A stretch of 64,000 nt of DNA from Gordius albopunctatus (GCA_964276515.1 OZ193909.1:9424001-9488000), one strand, 5' to 3'. Shown: positions 27,600 to 42,000, counted from the first letter of the stretch. Made by a program: numbers and translations. The notes: generated by a model from the letters alone, not told the origin.

Positions 27600-30500
27600 A
27601 GAAAATATTCTTAGAATTATGTCCTTGTTAAAATCCCGATAAGATTTTTCCACTGGGGGAAGTTTTAGATTGAGAGAAATTAAACTTTTCGTGTTGCGTT
27701 TAGATTGTTTCAAGATCGCTTTCTAATTTCGTCTATAGTTTTTGTGAAACAAGCTCTATGTGATCGTGATTCAAAGTTAATAATTTTTGAGGACTGATCA
27801 AAAAATTTTTTTATGGAATTCACCTCTGATATCGAAAACTTTCATGAGGGCTATATGGTTGAACAAAAAATTTAAAAAATTTTGAGGTCGAAAAAAATAT
27901 TTATTTTCATATTATTTGTAAAGGAAGCTGAAAAAATCTTTAAAAGTCAGAAAATATTCTTAGCATTATGTCCTTGTTAAAATCCCGATAAGATTTTTCC
28001 ACTGGGGGAAGTTTTAGATTGAGAGAAATTAAACTTTTCGTGTTGCGTTTAGATTGTTTCAAGATCGCTTTCTAATTTCGTCTATAGTTTTTGTGAAACA
28101 AGCTCTATGTGATCGTGATTCAAAGTTAATAATTTTTGAGGACTGATCAAAAAATTTTTTTAACGAATTCACCTCTGATATCGAAAACTTTCAAGAGGGC
28201 TATATGGTTGAACAAAAAATTTAAAAAATTTTGAGGTCGAAAAAAATATTTATTTTCATATTCTTTCGAAAGGGGGCGGAAGAAATAATTAAAAGATAGT
28301 AAATATTCTTAGCATTATGTCCTTGTTAAAATCCCGATAAGAATTTTTGCACGGGTGGAGTTTTAGATTGAGAAAAACTAAACTTTTCGTGTTGCGTTTA
28401 GATTGTTTCAAAATCGCTTTCTAATCGCGTCTCTAGTTTTTATGAAACAAGCTCTATGTGATTATGATTAAAAGTTAATAATTTTTGAGGACTGATCAAA
28501 AATTATTTTTAACGAATTCACCTCTGACATCGAAAACTTTCACGAGGGCTATATGCTCTAACAAAAAAAATTGACAAAAATTTTGAGGTCGAAAAAAATA
28601 TTTATTTTCATATTATTTGGAAAGGGGGATGAAAAAATGTTTAAAAGTCAGTAAATATTCTTAGCATTATGTCCTTGTTAAAATCCCGATAAGAATTTTT
28701 TCACGGGGGGAAGTTTTAGATTGAGAGAAACTAAACTTTTTATGTTGCGTTTAGATTGTTTTTAAATCGCTTTCTAAGCCTGTCTTTAGTTTTTGTGAAA
28801 CAAGCTCTAGGTGATCGTGATTCAAAGTTAATAATTTTTGAGGACTGATCAAAAAATTTTTTTAATGAATTCACCTCTGATATTGAAAACTTTCACGAGG
28901 GCTATATACTTTAACAAAAAAAATTGACAAAAATTTTGAGGTCGAAAAAAATATTTATTTTCATATTATTTGGAAAGGTGGCTGAAAAAATGTTTAAAAG
29001 TCAGTAAATATTCTTAGCATTATGTCCTTGTTAAAATCCCGATAAGAATTTTTTCACGGGGGGAAGTTTTAGATTGAGAGAAACTAAACTTTTTATGTTG
29101 CGTTTAGATTGTTTCAAAATCGCTTTCTAAGCCTGTCTTTAGTTTTTGTGAAACAAGCTCTAGGTGATCGTGATTCAAAGTTAATAATTTTTGAGGACTG
29201 ATCAAAAAATTTTTTTAACGAATTCACCTCTGATATCGAAAACTTTCATGAGGGCTATATGGTTGAACAAAAAATTTAAAAAATTTTGAGGTCGAAAAAA
29301 ATATTTATTTTCATATTATTTGTAAAGGAAGCTGAAAAAATCTTTAAAAGTCAGAAAATATTCTTAGCATTATGTCCTTGTTAAAATCCCGATAAGATTT
29401 TTCCACTGGGGGAAGTTTTAGATTGAGAGAAATTAAACTTTTCGTGTTGCGTTTAGATTGTTTCAAGATCGCTTTCTAATTTCGTCTATAGTTTTTGTGA
29501 AACAAGCTCTATGTGATCGTGATTCAAAGTTAATAATTTTTGAGGACTGATCAAAAAATTTTTTTATGGAATTCACCTCTGATATCGAAAACTTTCATGA
29601 GGGCTATATGGTTGAACAAAAAATTTAAAAAATTTTGAGGTCGAAAAAAATATTTATTTTCATATTATTTGTAAAGGAAGCTGAAAAAATCTTTAAAAGT
29701 CAGAAAATATTCTTAGCATTATGTCCTTGTTAAAATCCCGATAAGATATTTCCACTGGGGGAAGTTTTAGATTGAGAGAAATTAAACTTTTCGTGTTGCG
29801 TTTAGATTGTTTCAAGATCGCTTTCTAATTTCGTCTATAGTTTTTGTGAAACAAGCTCTATGTGATCGTGATTCAAAGTTAATAATTTTTGAGGACTGAT
29901 CAAAAAATTTTTTTAACGAATTCACCTCTGATATCGAAAACTTTCATGAGGGCTATATGGTTGAACAAAAAATTTAAAAAATTTTGAGGTCGAAAAAAAT
30001 ATTTATTTTCATATTCTTTCGAAAGGGGGCAAAAGAAATAATTAAAAGATAGTAAATATTCTTAGCATTATGTCCTTGTTAAAATCCCGATAAGAATTTT
30101 TGCACGGGTGGAGTTTTAGATTGAGAAAAACTAAACTTTTCGTGTTGCGTTTAGATTGTTTCAAAATCGCTTTCTAATCGCGTCTCTAGTTTTTATGAAA
30201 CAAGCTCTATGTGATTATGATTAAAAGTTAATAATTTTTGAGGACTGATCAAAAAATTTTTTTAACGAATTCACCTCTGATATCGAAAACTTTCATGAGG
30301 GCTATATGGTTGAACAAAAAATTTAAAAAATTTTGAGGTCGAAAAAAATATTTATTTTCATATTCTTTCGAAAGGGGGCGGAAGAAATAATTAAAAGATA
30401 GTAAATATTCTTAGCATTATGTCCTTGTTAAAATTCCGATAAGAATTTTTGCACGGGTGGAGTTTTAGATTGAGAAAAACTAAACTTTTCGTGTTGCGTT

Positions 30501-33500
30501 TAGATTGTTTCAAGATCGCTTTCTAATTTCGTCTATAGTTTTTGTGAAACAAGCTATATGTGATCGTGATTCAAAGTTAAAATTTTTGAGGACTGATCAA
30601 AAAATTTTTTTAACGAATTCACCTCTGATATCGAAAACTTTCATGAGGGCTATATGGTTGAACAAAAAATTTAAAAAATTTTGAGGTCGAAAAAAATATT
30701 TATTTTCATATTCTTTCGAAAGGGGGCTGAAGAAATAATTAAAAGATAGTAAATATTCTTAGCATTATGTCCTTGTTAAAATCCCGATAAGAATTTTTGC
30801 ACGGGGGGAAGTTTTAGATTGAGAGAAACTAAACTTTTTATGTTGCGTTTAGATTGTTTTTAAATCGCTTTCTAAGCCTGTCTTTAGTTTTTGTGAAACA
30901 AGCTCTAGGTGATCGTGATTCAAAGTTAATAATTTTTGAGGACTGATCAAAAAATTTTTTTATGGAATTCACCTCTGATATCGAAAACTTTCATGAGGGC
31001 TATATGGTTGAACAAAAAATTTAAAAAATTTTGAGGTCGAAAAAAATATTTATTTTCATATTATTTGTAAAGGAAGCTGAAAAAATCTTTAAAAGTCAGA
31101 AAATATTCTTAGCATTATGTCCTTGTTAAAATCCCGATAAGATTTTTCCACTGGGGGAAGTTTTAGATTGAGAGAAATTAAACTTTTCGTGTTGCGTTTA
31201 GATTGTTTCAAGATCGCTTTCTAATTTCGTCTATAGTTTTTGTGAAACAAGCTCTATGTGATCGTGATTCAAAGTTAATAATTTTTGAGGACTGATCAAA
31301 AAATTTTTTTAACGAATTCACCTCTGATATCGAAAACTTTCAAGAGGGCTATATGGTTGAACAAAAAATTTAAAAAATTTTGAGGTCGAAAAAAATATTT
31401 ATTTTCATATTCTTTCGAAAGGGGGCGGAAGAAATAATTAAAAGATAGTAAATATTCTTAGCATTATGTCCTTGTTAAAATCCCGATAAGAATTTTTGCA
31501 CGGGTGGAGTTTTAGATTGAGAAAAACTAAACTTTTCGTGTTGCGTTTAGATTGTTTCAAAATCGCTTTCTAATCGCGTCTCTAGTTTTTATGAAACAAG
31601 CTCTATGTGATTATGATTAAAAGTTAATAATTTTTGAGGACTGATCAAAAATTATTTTTAACGAATTCACCTCTGACATCGAAAACTTTCACGAGGGCTA
31701 TATGCTCTAACAAAAAAAATTGACAAAAATTTTGAGGTCGAAAAAAATATTTATTTTCATATTATTTGGAAAGGGGGATGAAAAAATGTTTAAAAGTCAG
31801 TAAATATTCTTAGCATTATGTCCTTGTTAAAATCCCGATAAGAATTTTTTCACGGGGGGAAGTTTTAGATTGAGAGAAACTAAACTTTTTATGTTGCGTT
31901 TAGATTGTTTTTAAATCGCTTTCTAAGCCTGTCTTTAGTTTTTGTGAAACAAGCTCTAGGTGATCGTGATTCAAAGTTAATAATTTTTGAGGACTGATCA
32001 AAAAATTTTTTTAATGAATTCACCTCTGATATTGAAAACTTTCACGAGGGCTATATACTTTAACAAAAAAAATTCGAAAAAAATATTTATTTTCATATTA
32101 TTTGGAAAGGTGGCTGAAAAAATGTTTAAAAGTCAGTAAATATTCTTAGCATTATGTCCTTGTTAAAATCCCGATAAGATTTTTCCACTGGGGGAAGTTT
32201 TAGATTGAGAGAAATTAAACTTTTCGTGTTGCGTTTAGATTGTTTCAAGATCGCTTTCTAATTTCGTCTATAGTTTTTGTGAAACAAGCTCTATGTGATC
32301 GTGATTCAAAGTTAATAATTTTTGAGGACTGATCAAAAAATTTTTTTATGGAATTCACCTCTGATATCGAAAACTTTCATGAGGGCTATATGGTTGAACA
32401 AAAAATTTAAAAAATTTTGAGGTCGAAAAAAATATTTATTTTCATATTATTTGTAAAGGAAGCTGAAAAAATCTTTAAAAGTCAGAAAATATTCTTAGCA
32501 TTATGTCCTTGTTAAAATCCCGATAAGATATTTCCACTGGGGGAAGTTTTAGATTGAGAGAAATTAAACTTTTCGTGTTGCGTTTAGATTGTTTCAAGAT
32601 CGCTTTCTAATTTCGTCTATAGTTTTTGTGAAACAAGCTCTATGTGATCGTGATTCAAAGTTAATAATTTTTGAGGACTGATCAAAAAATTTTTTTAACG
32701 AATTCACCTCTGATATCGAAAACTTTCATGAGGGCTATATGGTTGAACAAAAAATTTAAAAAATTTTGAGGTCGAAAAAAATATTTATTTTCATATTCTT
32801 TCGAAAGGGGGCGGAAGAAATAATTAAAAGATAGTAAATATTCTTAGCATTATGTCCTTGTTAAAATCCCGATAAGAATTTTTGCACGGGTGGAGTTTTA
32901 GATTGAGAAAAACTAAACTTTTCGTGTTGCGTTTAGATTGTTTCAAAATCGCTTTCTAATCGCATCTCTAGTTTTTATGAAACAAGCTCTATGTGATTAT
33001 GATTAAAAGTTAATAATTTTTGAGGACTGATCAAAAAATTTTTTTAACGAATTCACCTCTGATATCGACAACTTTCATGAGGGCTATATGGTTGAACAAA
33101 AAATTTAAAAAATTTTGAGGTCGAAAAAAATATTTATTTTCATATTCTTTCGAAAGGGGGCGGAAGAAATAATTAAAAGATAGTAAATATTCTTAGCATT
33201 ATGTCCTTGTTAAAATCCCGATAAGAATTTTTGCACGGGTGGAGTTTTAGATTGAGAAAAACTAAACTTTTCGTGTTGCGTTTAGATTGTTTCAAGATCG
33301 CTTTCTAATTTCGTCTATAGTTTTTGTGAAACAAGCTATATGTGATCGTGATTCAAAGTTAAAATTTTTGAGGACTGATCAAAAAATTTTTTTAACGAAT
33401 TCACCTCTGATATCGAAAACTTTCATGAGGGCTATATGGTTGAACAAAAAATTTAAAAAATTTTGAGGTCGAAAAAAATATTTATTTTCATATTCTTTCG

Positions 33501-34768
33501 AAAGGGGGCTGAAGAAATAATTAAAAGATAGTAAATATTCTTAGCATTATGTCCTTGTTAAAATCCCGATAAGAATTTTTGCACGGGGGGAAGTTTTAGA
33601 TTGAGAGAAACTAAACTTTTTATGTTGCGTTTAGATTGTTTTTAAATCGCTTTCTAAGCCTGTCTTTAGTTTTTGTGAAACAAGCTCTAGGTGATCGTGA
33701 TTCAAAGTTAATAATTTTTGAGGACTGATCAAAAAAATTTTTTAACGAATTCACCTCTGACATCGAAAACTTTCACGAGGGCTATATGCTCTAACAAAAA
33801 AAATTGACAAAAATTTTGAGGTCGAAAAAAATATTTATTTTCATATTATTTGTAAAGGAAGCTGAAAAAATCTTTAAAAGTCAGAAAATATTCTTAGCAT
33901 TATGTCCTTGTTAAAATCCCGATAAGATTTTTCCACTGGGGGAAGTTTTAGATTGAGAGAAATTAAACTTTTCGTGTTGCGTTTAGATTGTTTGAAGATC
34001 GCTTTCTAATTTCGTCTATAGTTTTTGTGAAACAAGCTCTATGTGATCGTGATTCAAAGTTAATAATTTTTGAGGACTGATCAAAAAAATTTTTTAACGA
34101 ATTCACCTCTGATATCGAAAACTTTCATGAGGGCTATATGGTTGAACAAAAAATTTAAAAAATTTTGAGGTCGAAAAAAATATTTATTTTCATATTATTT
34201 CGAAAGGGGGCGGAAGAAATAATTAAAAGATAGTAAATATTCTTAGCATTATGTCCTTGTTAAAATCCCGATAAGAATTTTTGCACGGGTGGAGTTTTAG
34301 ATTGAGAAAAACTAAACTTTTCGTGTTGCGTTTCGATTGATTCAAAATCGCTTTCTAATCGCGTCTCTAGTTTTTATGAAACAAGCTCTATGTGATTATG
34401 ATTAAAAGTTAATAATTTTTGAGGACTGATCAAAAATTATTTTTAACGAATTCACCTCTGACATCGAAAACTTTCACGAGGGCTATATGCTCTAACAAAA
34501 AAAATTGACAAAAATTTTGAGGTCGAAAAAAATATTTATTTTCATATTATTTGGAAAGGGGGATGAAAAAATCTTTAAAAGTCAATAAATATTCTTAGTA
34601 TTATGTCCTTGTTAAAATCCCGATAAGAATTTTTGCACGGGGGGAAGTTTTAGATTGAGAGAAACTAAACTTTTTATGTTGCGTTTAGATTGTTTTTAAA
34701 TCGCTTTCTAAGCCTGTCTTTAGTTTTTGTGAAACAAGCTCTAGGTGATCGTGATTCAAAGTTAATAA
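27600..34768 (+). repeat. Block duplicate of about 14.7-22.16 kb (offset 12978, falling to 12605 through indels)
   Basis: Shared rare variants: AAATTCCG 17456/30434, GTTAAAATTTTTG 20403/33361, TTTGAAGATC 21389/33994 and TTTCGATTGATTC 21729/34334. Confidence 0.85.
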
Positions 34769-36049
34769 ATTTTGAGGACTGATCAAAAAATTTTTTTAAC
34801 GAATTCACCTCTGATATCGAAAACTTTCATGAGGGCTATATGGTTGAACAAAAAATTTAAAAAATTTTGAGGTCGAAAAAAATATTTATTTTCATATTAT
34901 TTGTAAAGGAAGCTGAAAAAATCTTTAAAAGTCAGAAAATATTCTTAGCATTATGTCCTTGTTAAAATCCCGATAAGATTTTTCCACTGGGGGAAGTTTT
35001 AGATTGAGAGAAATTAAACTTTTCGTGTTGCGTTTAGATTGTTTCAAAATCGCTTTCTAAGCCTGTCTTTAGTTTTTGTGAAACAAGCTATATGTGATTA
35101 TGATTCAAAGTTAATAATTTTTGAGGACTGATCAAAAAATTTTTTAACGAATTCACCTCTGACATCGAAAACTTTCACGAGGGCTATATGCTCTAACAAA
35201 AAAAATTGACAAAAATTTTGAGGTCGAAAAAAATATTTATTTTCATATTATTTGGAAAGGGGGATGAAAAAATCTTTAAAAGTCAATAAATATTCTTAGT
35301 ATTATGTCCTTGTTAAAATCCCGATAAGAATTTTTGCACGGGCGGAAGTTTTAGATTGAGAGAAACTAAACTTTTCGTGTTGCGTTTAGATTGTTTCAAA
35401 ATCGCTTTCTAATCGCGTCTCTAGTTTTTATGAAACAAGCTCTATGTGATTATGATTAAAAGTTAATAATTTTTGAGGACTGATCAAAAATTATTTTTAA
35501 CGAATTCACCTCTGACATCAAAAACTTTCACGAGGGCTATATGCTTTAACAAAAAAAATTGACAAACATTTTGAGGTCGAAAAAAATGTTTATTTTCATA
35601 TTCTTTCGAAAGGGGGCTGAAGAAATATTTAAAAGTCAGTAAATATTCTTAGCATTATGTCCTTGTTAAAATCCCGATAAGAATTTTTTCACGGGGGGAA
35701 GTTTTAGATTGAGAGAAACTAAACTTTTTATGTTGCGTTTAGATTGTTTCAAAATCGCTTTCTAAGCCTGTCTTTAGTTTTTGTGAAACAAGCTATATGT
35801 GATCGTGATTCAAAGTTAATAATTTTTGAGGACTGATCAAAAAATTTTTTTAACGAATTCACCTCTGATATCGAAAACTTTCATGAGGGCTCTATAGTTG
35901 AACAAAAAATTTAAAAAATTTTGAGGTCGAAAAAAATATTTATTTTCCTATTATTTGGAAAGAGGGCTGAAAAAATCTTTAAAAGTCAGAAAATATTCTT
36001 AGCATTATGTCCTTGTTAAAATCCCGATAAGATTTTTCCACTGGGGGAA

Positions 36050-39000
36050 GTTTTAGATTGAGAGAAATTAAACTTTTCGTGTTGCGTTTAGATTGTTTCA
36101 AAATCGCTTTCTAAGCCTGTCTTTAGTTTTTGTGAAACAAGCTATATGTGATTATGATTCAAAGTTAATAATTTTTGAGGACTGATCAAAAAATTTTTTA
36201 ACGAATTCACCTCTGACATCGAAAACTTTCACGAGGGCTATATGCTCTAACAAAAAAAATTGACAAAAATTTTGAGGTCGAAAAAAATATTTATTTTCAT
36301 ATTCTTTCGAAAGGGGGCGGAAGAAATAATTAAAAGATAGTAAATATTCTTAGCATTATGTCCTTGTTAAAATCCCGATAAGAATTTTTGCACGGGTGGA
36401 GTTTTAGATTGAGAAAAACTAAACTTTTCGTGTTGCGTTTAGATTGTTTCAAGATCGCTTTCTAATTTCGTCTATAGTTTTTGTGAAACAAGCTATATGT
36501 GATTATGATTAAAAGTTAATAATTTTTGAGGACTGATCAAAAATTATTTTTAACGAATTCACCTCTGACTACGAAAACTTTCACGAGGGCTATATGCTTT
36601 AACAAAAAAAATTGACAAAAATTTTGAGGTCGAAAAAAATATTTATTTTCATATTCTTTCGAAAGGGGGATGAAGAAATATTTAAAAGTCAGTAAATATT
36701 CTTAGCATTATGTCCTTGTTAAAATCCCGATAAGAATTTTTTCACGGGGGGAAGTTTTAGATTGAGAGAAACTAAACTTTTTATGTTGCGTTTAGATTGT
36801 TTCAAAATCGCTTTCTAAGCCTGTCTTTAGTTTTTGTGAAACAAGCTATATGTGATCGTGATTCAAAGTTAATAATTTTTGAGGACTGATCAAAAAATTT
36901 TTTTAACGAATTCACCTCTGATATCGAAAACTTTCATGAGGGCTCTATAGTTGAACAAAAAATTTAAAAAATTTTGAGGTCGAAAAAAATATTTATTTTC
37001 CTATTATTTGGAAAGAGGGCTGAAAAAATCTTTAAAAGTCAGTAAATATTCTTAGCATTATGTCCTTGTTAAAATCCCGATAAGAATTTTTACACGGGGG
37101 GATGTTTTAGATTGAGAGAAATTAAACTTTTCGTGTTGCGTTTAGATTGTTTCAAGATCGCTTTCTAATTTCGTCTATAGTTTTTGTGAAACAAGCTCTA
37201 TGTGATCGTGATTCAAAGTTAATAATTTTTGAGGACTGATCAAAAATTTTTTTTAACGAATTCACCTCTGATATCGAAAACTTTCATGAGGGCTATATGG
37301 TTGAACAAAAAATTTAAAAAATTTTGAGGTCGAAAAAAATATTTAATTTCATATTATTTGTAAAGGAAGCTGAAAAAATATTTAAAAGTCAGTAAATATT
37401 CTTAGCATTATGTCCTTGTTAAAATCCCGATAAGAATTTTTACACGGGGGGAAGTTTTAGATTGAGAGAAATTAAACTTTTCGTGTTGCGTTTAGATTGT
37501 TTCAAGATCGCTTTCTAATTTCGTCTATAGTTTTTGTGAAACAAGCTCCATGTGATCGTGATTCAAAGTTAATAATTTTTGAGGACTGATCAAAAATTTT
37601 GTTTAACGAATTCACCTCTGACATCGAAAACTTTCACGAGGGCTATTTACTTTAACAAAAAAAATTGACAAAAATTTTGAGGTAAAAAAAAATATTTATT
37701 TTCATATTCTTTCGAAAGGGGGCTGAAGAAATATTTAAAAGTCAGTAAATATTCTTAGCATTATGTCCTTGTTAAAATCCCGATAAGATTTTTCCACTGG
37801 GGGAAGTTTTAGATTGAGAGAAATTAAACTTTTCGTGTTGCGTTTAGATTGTTTCAAAATCACTTTCTAATCGCGTCTCTAGTTTTTATGAAACAAGCTC
37901 TATGTGATTATGATTAAAAGTTAATAATTTTTGAGGACTGATCAAAAATTATTTTTAACGAATTCACCTCTGACTACGAAAACTTTCACGAGGGCTATAT
38001 GCTTTAACAAAAAAAATTGACAAAAATTTTGAGGTCGAAAAAAATATTTATTTTTATATTCTTTCGAAAGGGGGATGAAGAAATATTTAAAAGTCAGTAA
38101 ATATTCTTAGCATTATGTCCTTGTTAAAATCCCGATAAGAATTTTTTCACGGGGGGAAGTTTTAGATTGAGAGAAACTAAACTTTTTATGTTGCGTTTAG
38201 ATTGTTTCAAAATCGCTTTCTAAGCCTGTCTTTAGTTTTTGTGAAAAAAGCTCTAGGTGATCGTGATTCAAAGTTAATAATTTTTGAGGACTGATCAAAA
38301 AATTTTTTTAACGAATTCACCTCTGATATCGAAAACTTTCATGAGGGCTATATAGTTGAACAAAAAATTTAAAAAATTTTGAGGTCGAAAAAAATATTTA
38401 TTTTCATTTTATTTGGAAAGGGGGCTGAAAAAATCTTTAAAAGTCAGTAAATATTCTTAGCATTATGTCCTTGTTAAAATCCCGATAAGAATTTTTGCAA
38501 GGGGGGAAATTTCAGATTTAGAGAAACTAAACTTTTCGTGTTGCGTTTAGATTCTTTCAAGATCGCTTTCAAATCGCGTCTCTAGTTTTCGTGAAACAAG
38601 CTCTTTGTGATTATGATTCAAAGTTAATAATTTTTGAGGACTGATCAAAATTTTTTTAACGAATTCACCTCTGATATCGAAAACTTTCATGAGGGCTATA
38701 TGCTTTAACAAAAAAAATTGACAAAAATTTTGAGGTCGAAAAAAATATTTATTTTCATATTATTTGTAAAGGAAGCTGAAAAAATCTTTAAAAGTCAGTA
38801 AATATTCTTAGCATTATGTCCTTGTTATAATCCCGATAAGAATTTTTGCACGGGGGGAAGTTTTAGATTGAGAGAAACTAAACTTTTTATGTTGCGTTTA
38901 GATTGTTTTTAAATCGCTTTCTAAGCCTGTCTTTAGTTTTTGTGAAACAAGCTCTATGTGATTGTTATTGAAAGTTAATAATTTTTGAAGACTGATCAAA

Positions 39001-42000
39001 ATTTTTTTTAACGAATTCACCTCTGATATCGAAAACTTTCATGAGGGCTATATACTTTAACAAAAAAAATTGACAAAAATTTTGAGGTCGAAAAAAATAT
39101 TTATTTTCATATTATTTGGAAAGGGGGCTGAAAAAATCTTTAAAAGTGAGTAAATATTCTTAGCATTATGTCCTTGTTAGAATCCCGATAAGATTTTTGC
39201 ACTGGGGGAAGTTTTAGATTGAGAGAAACTAAACTTTTTATGTTGCGTTTAGATTGTTTCAAAATCGCTTTCTAAGCCTGTCTTTAGTTTTTGTGAAACA
39301 AGCTCTATGTGATCGTGATTCAAAGTTAATAATTTTTGAGGACTGATCAAATTTTTTTTAACGAATTCACCTCTGATATCGAAAACTTTCATGAGGGCTA
39401 TATGCTTTAACAAAAAAAATTGACAAAAATTTTGAGGTCGAAAAAAATATTTATTTTCATATTATTTGTAAAGGAAGCTGAAAAAATCTCTTAAAGTCAG
39501 TAAATATTCTTAGCATTATGTCCTTGTTATAATCCCGATAAGAATTTTTTCACGGGGGGAAGTTTTAGATTGAGAGAAACTAAACTTTTTATGTTGCGTT
39601 TAGATTGTTTTTAAATCGCTTTCTAAGCCTGTCTTTAGTTTTTGTGAAACAAGCTCTATGTGATTGTTATTGAAAGTTAATAATTTTTGAAGACTGATCA
39701 AAATTTTTTTTAACGAATTCACCTCTGATATCGAAAACTTTCATGAGGGCTATATACTTTAACAAAAAAAATTTAAAAAATTTTGAGGTCGAAAAAAATA
39801 TTTATTTTCATATTATTTGGAAAGGGGGCTGAAAAAATCTTTAAAAGTCTGTAAATATTCTTAGCATTATGTCCTTGTTAAAATCCCGATAAGAATTTTT
39901 ACACGGGGTGAAGTTTTAGATTGAAAGAAATTAAACTTTTCGTGTTGCGTTTAGATTGTTTCAAGATCGCTTTCTAATTCCGTCTATAGTTTTTGTGAAA
40001 CAAGCTCTATGTGATCGTGATTCAAAGTTAATAATTTTTGAGGACTGATCAAAAAATTTTCTTAACGAATTCACCTCTGATATCGAAAACTTTCATGAGG
40101 GCTATATTGTTGAACAAAAAATTTAAAGAATTTTGAGGTCGAAAAAAATATTTATTTTCATATTCTGTCGAAAGGGGGCGGAAGAAATATTTAAAAGATA
40201 GTAATTATTCTTAGCATTATGTCCTTGTTAAAATCCCGATAAGAATTTTTGCACGGGTGGAGTTTTAGATTGAGAAAAACTAAACTTTTTATGTTGCGTT
40301 TCAAAATCGCTTTCTAAGCCTGTCTTTAGTTTTTGTGAAACAAGCTCTATGTGATTCTGATTGAAAGTTAATAATTTTTGAAGACTGATCAAAATTTTTT
40401 TTAACGAATTCACCTCTGATATCGAAAACTTTCATGAGGGCTATATACTTTAACAAAAAAAATTGACAAAAATTTTGAGGTCGAAAAAAATATTTATTTT
40501 CATATTATTTGGAAAGGGGGCTGAAAAAATCTTTAAAAGTGAGTAAATATTCTTAGCATTATGTCCTTGTTAGAATCCCGATAAGATTTTTGCACTGGGG
40601 GAAGTTTTAGATTGAGAGAAACTAAACTTTTTATGTTGCGTTTAGATTGTTTCAAAATCGCTTTCTAAGCCTGTCTTTAGTTTTTGTGAAACAAGCTCTA
40701 TGTGATCGTGATTCAAAGTTAATAATTTTTGAGGACTGATCAAATTTTTTTTAACGAATTCACCTCTGATATCGAAAACTTTCATGAGGGCTATATGCTT
40801 TAACAAAAAAAATTGACAAAAATTTTGAGGTCGAAAAAAATATTTATTTTCATATTATTTGTAAAGGAAGCTGAAAAAATCTCTTAAAGTCAGTAAATAT
40901 TCTTAGCATTATGTCCTTGTTATAATCCCGATAAGAATTTTTGCACGGGGGGAAGTTTTAGATTGAGAGAAACTAAACTTTTTATGTTGCGTTTAGATTG
41001 TTTTTAAATCGCTTTCTAAGCCTGTCTTTAGTTTTTGTGAAACAAGCTCTATGTGATTGTTATTGAAAGTTAATAATTTTTGAAGACTGATCAAAATTTT
41101 TTTTAACGAATTCACCTCTGATATCGAAAACTTTCATGAGGGCTATATACTTTAACAAAAAAAATTTAAAAAATTTTGAGGTCGAAAAAAATATTTATTT
41201 TCATATTATTTGGAAAGGGGGCTGAAAAAATCTTTAAAAGTCTGTAAATATTCTTAGCATTATGTCCTTGTTAAAATCCCGATAAGAATTTTTACACGGG
41301 GTGAAGTTTTAGATTGAAAGAAATTAAACTTTTCGTGTTGCGTTTAGATTGTTTCAAGATCGCTTTCTAATTCCGTCTATAGTTTTTGTGAAACAAGCTC
41401 TATGTGATCGTGATTCAAAGTTAATAATTTTTGAGGACTGATCAAAAAATTTTTTTAACGAATTCACCTCTGATATCGAAAACTTTCATGAGGGCTATAT
41501 TGTTGAACAAAAAATTTAAAGAATTTTGAGGTCGAAAAAAATATTTATTTTCATATTCTGTCGAAAGGGGGCGGAAGAAATATTTAAAAGATAGTAATTA
41601 TTCTTAGCATTATGTCCTTGTTAAAATCCCGATAAGAATTTTTGCACGGGTGGAGTTTTAGATTGAGAAAAACTAAACTTTTTATGTTGCGTTTCAAAAT
41701 CGCTTTCTAAGCCTGTCTTTAGTTTTTGTGAAACAAGCTCTATGTGATTCTGATTGAAAGTTAATAATTTTTGAAGACTGATCAAAATTTTTTTTAACGA
41801 ATTCACCTCTGATATCGAAAACTTTCATGAGGGCTATATGCTTTAACAAAAAAAATTGACAAAAATTTTGAGGTCGAAAAAAATATTTATTTTCATATTC
41901 TTTCGAAAGGGGGCTGAAGAATTATTTAAAAGTCAGTAAATATTCTTAGCATTATGTCCTTGTTAAAATCCCGATAAGAATTTTTGCACGGGGGGAAGTT

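Noticed and set aside
40228..40413. 61-aa minus-strand ORF, five identical copies (40228, 41621, 51031, 52424, 56521)
   Set aside because: It lies wholly inside satellite monomers, begins at GTG and occurs only in the 9-bp-deletion variant. The identity is explained by block duplications, and there is no recognisable protein motif.
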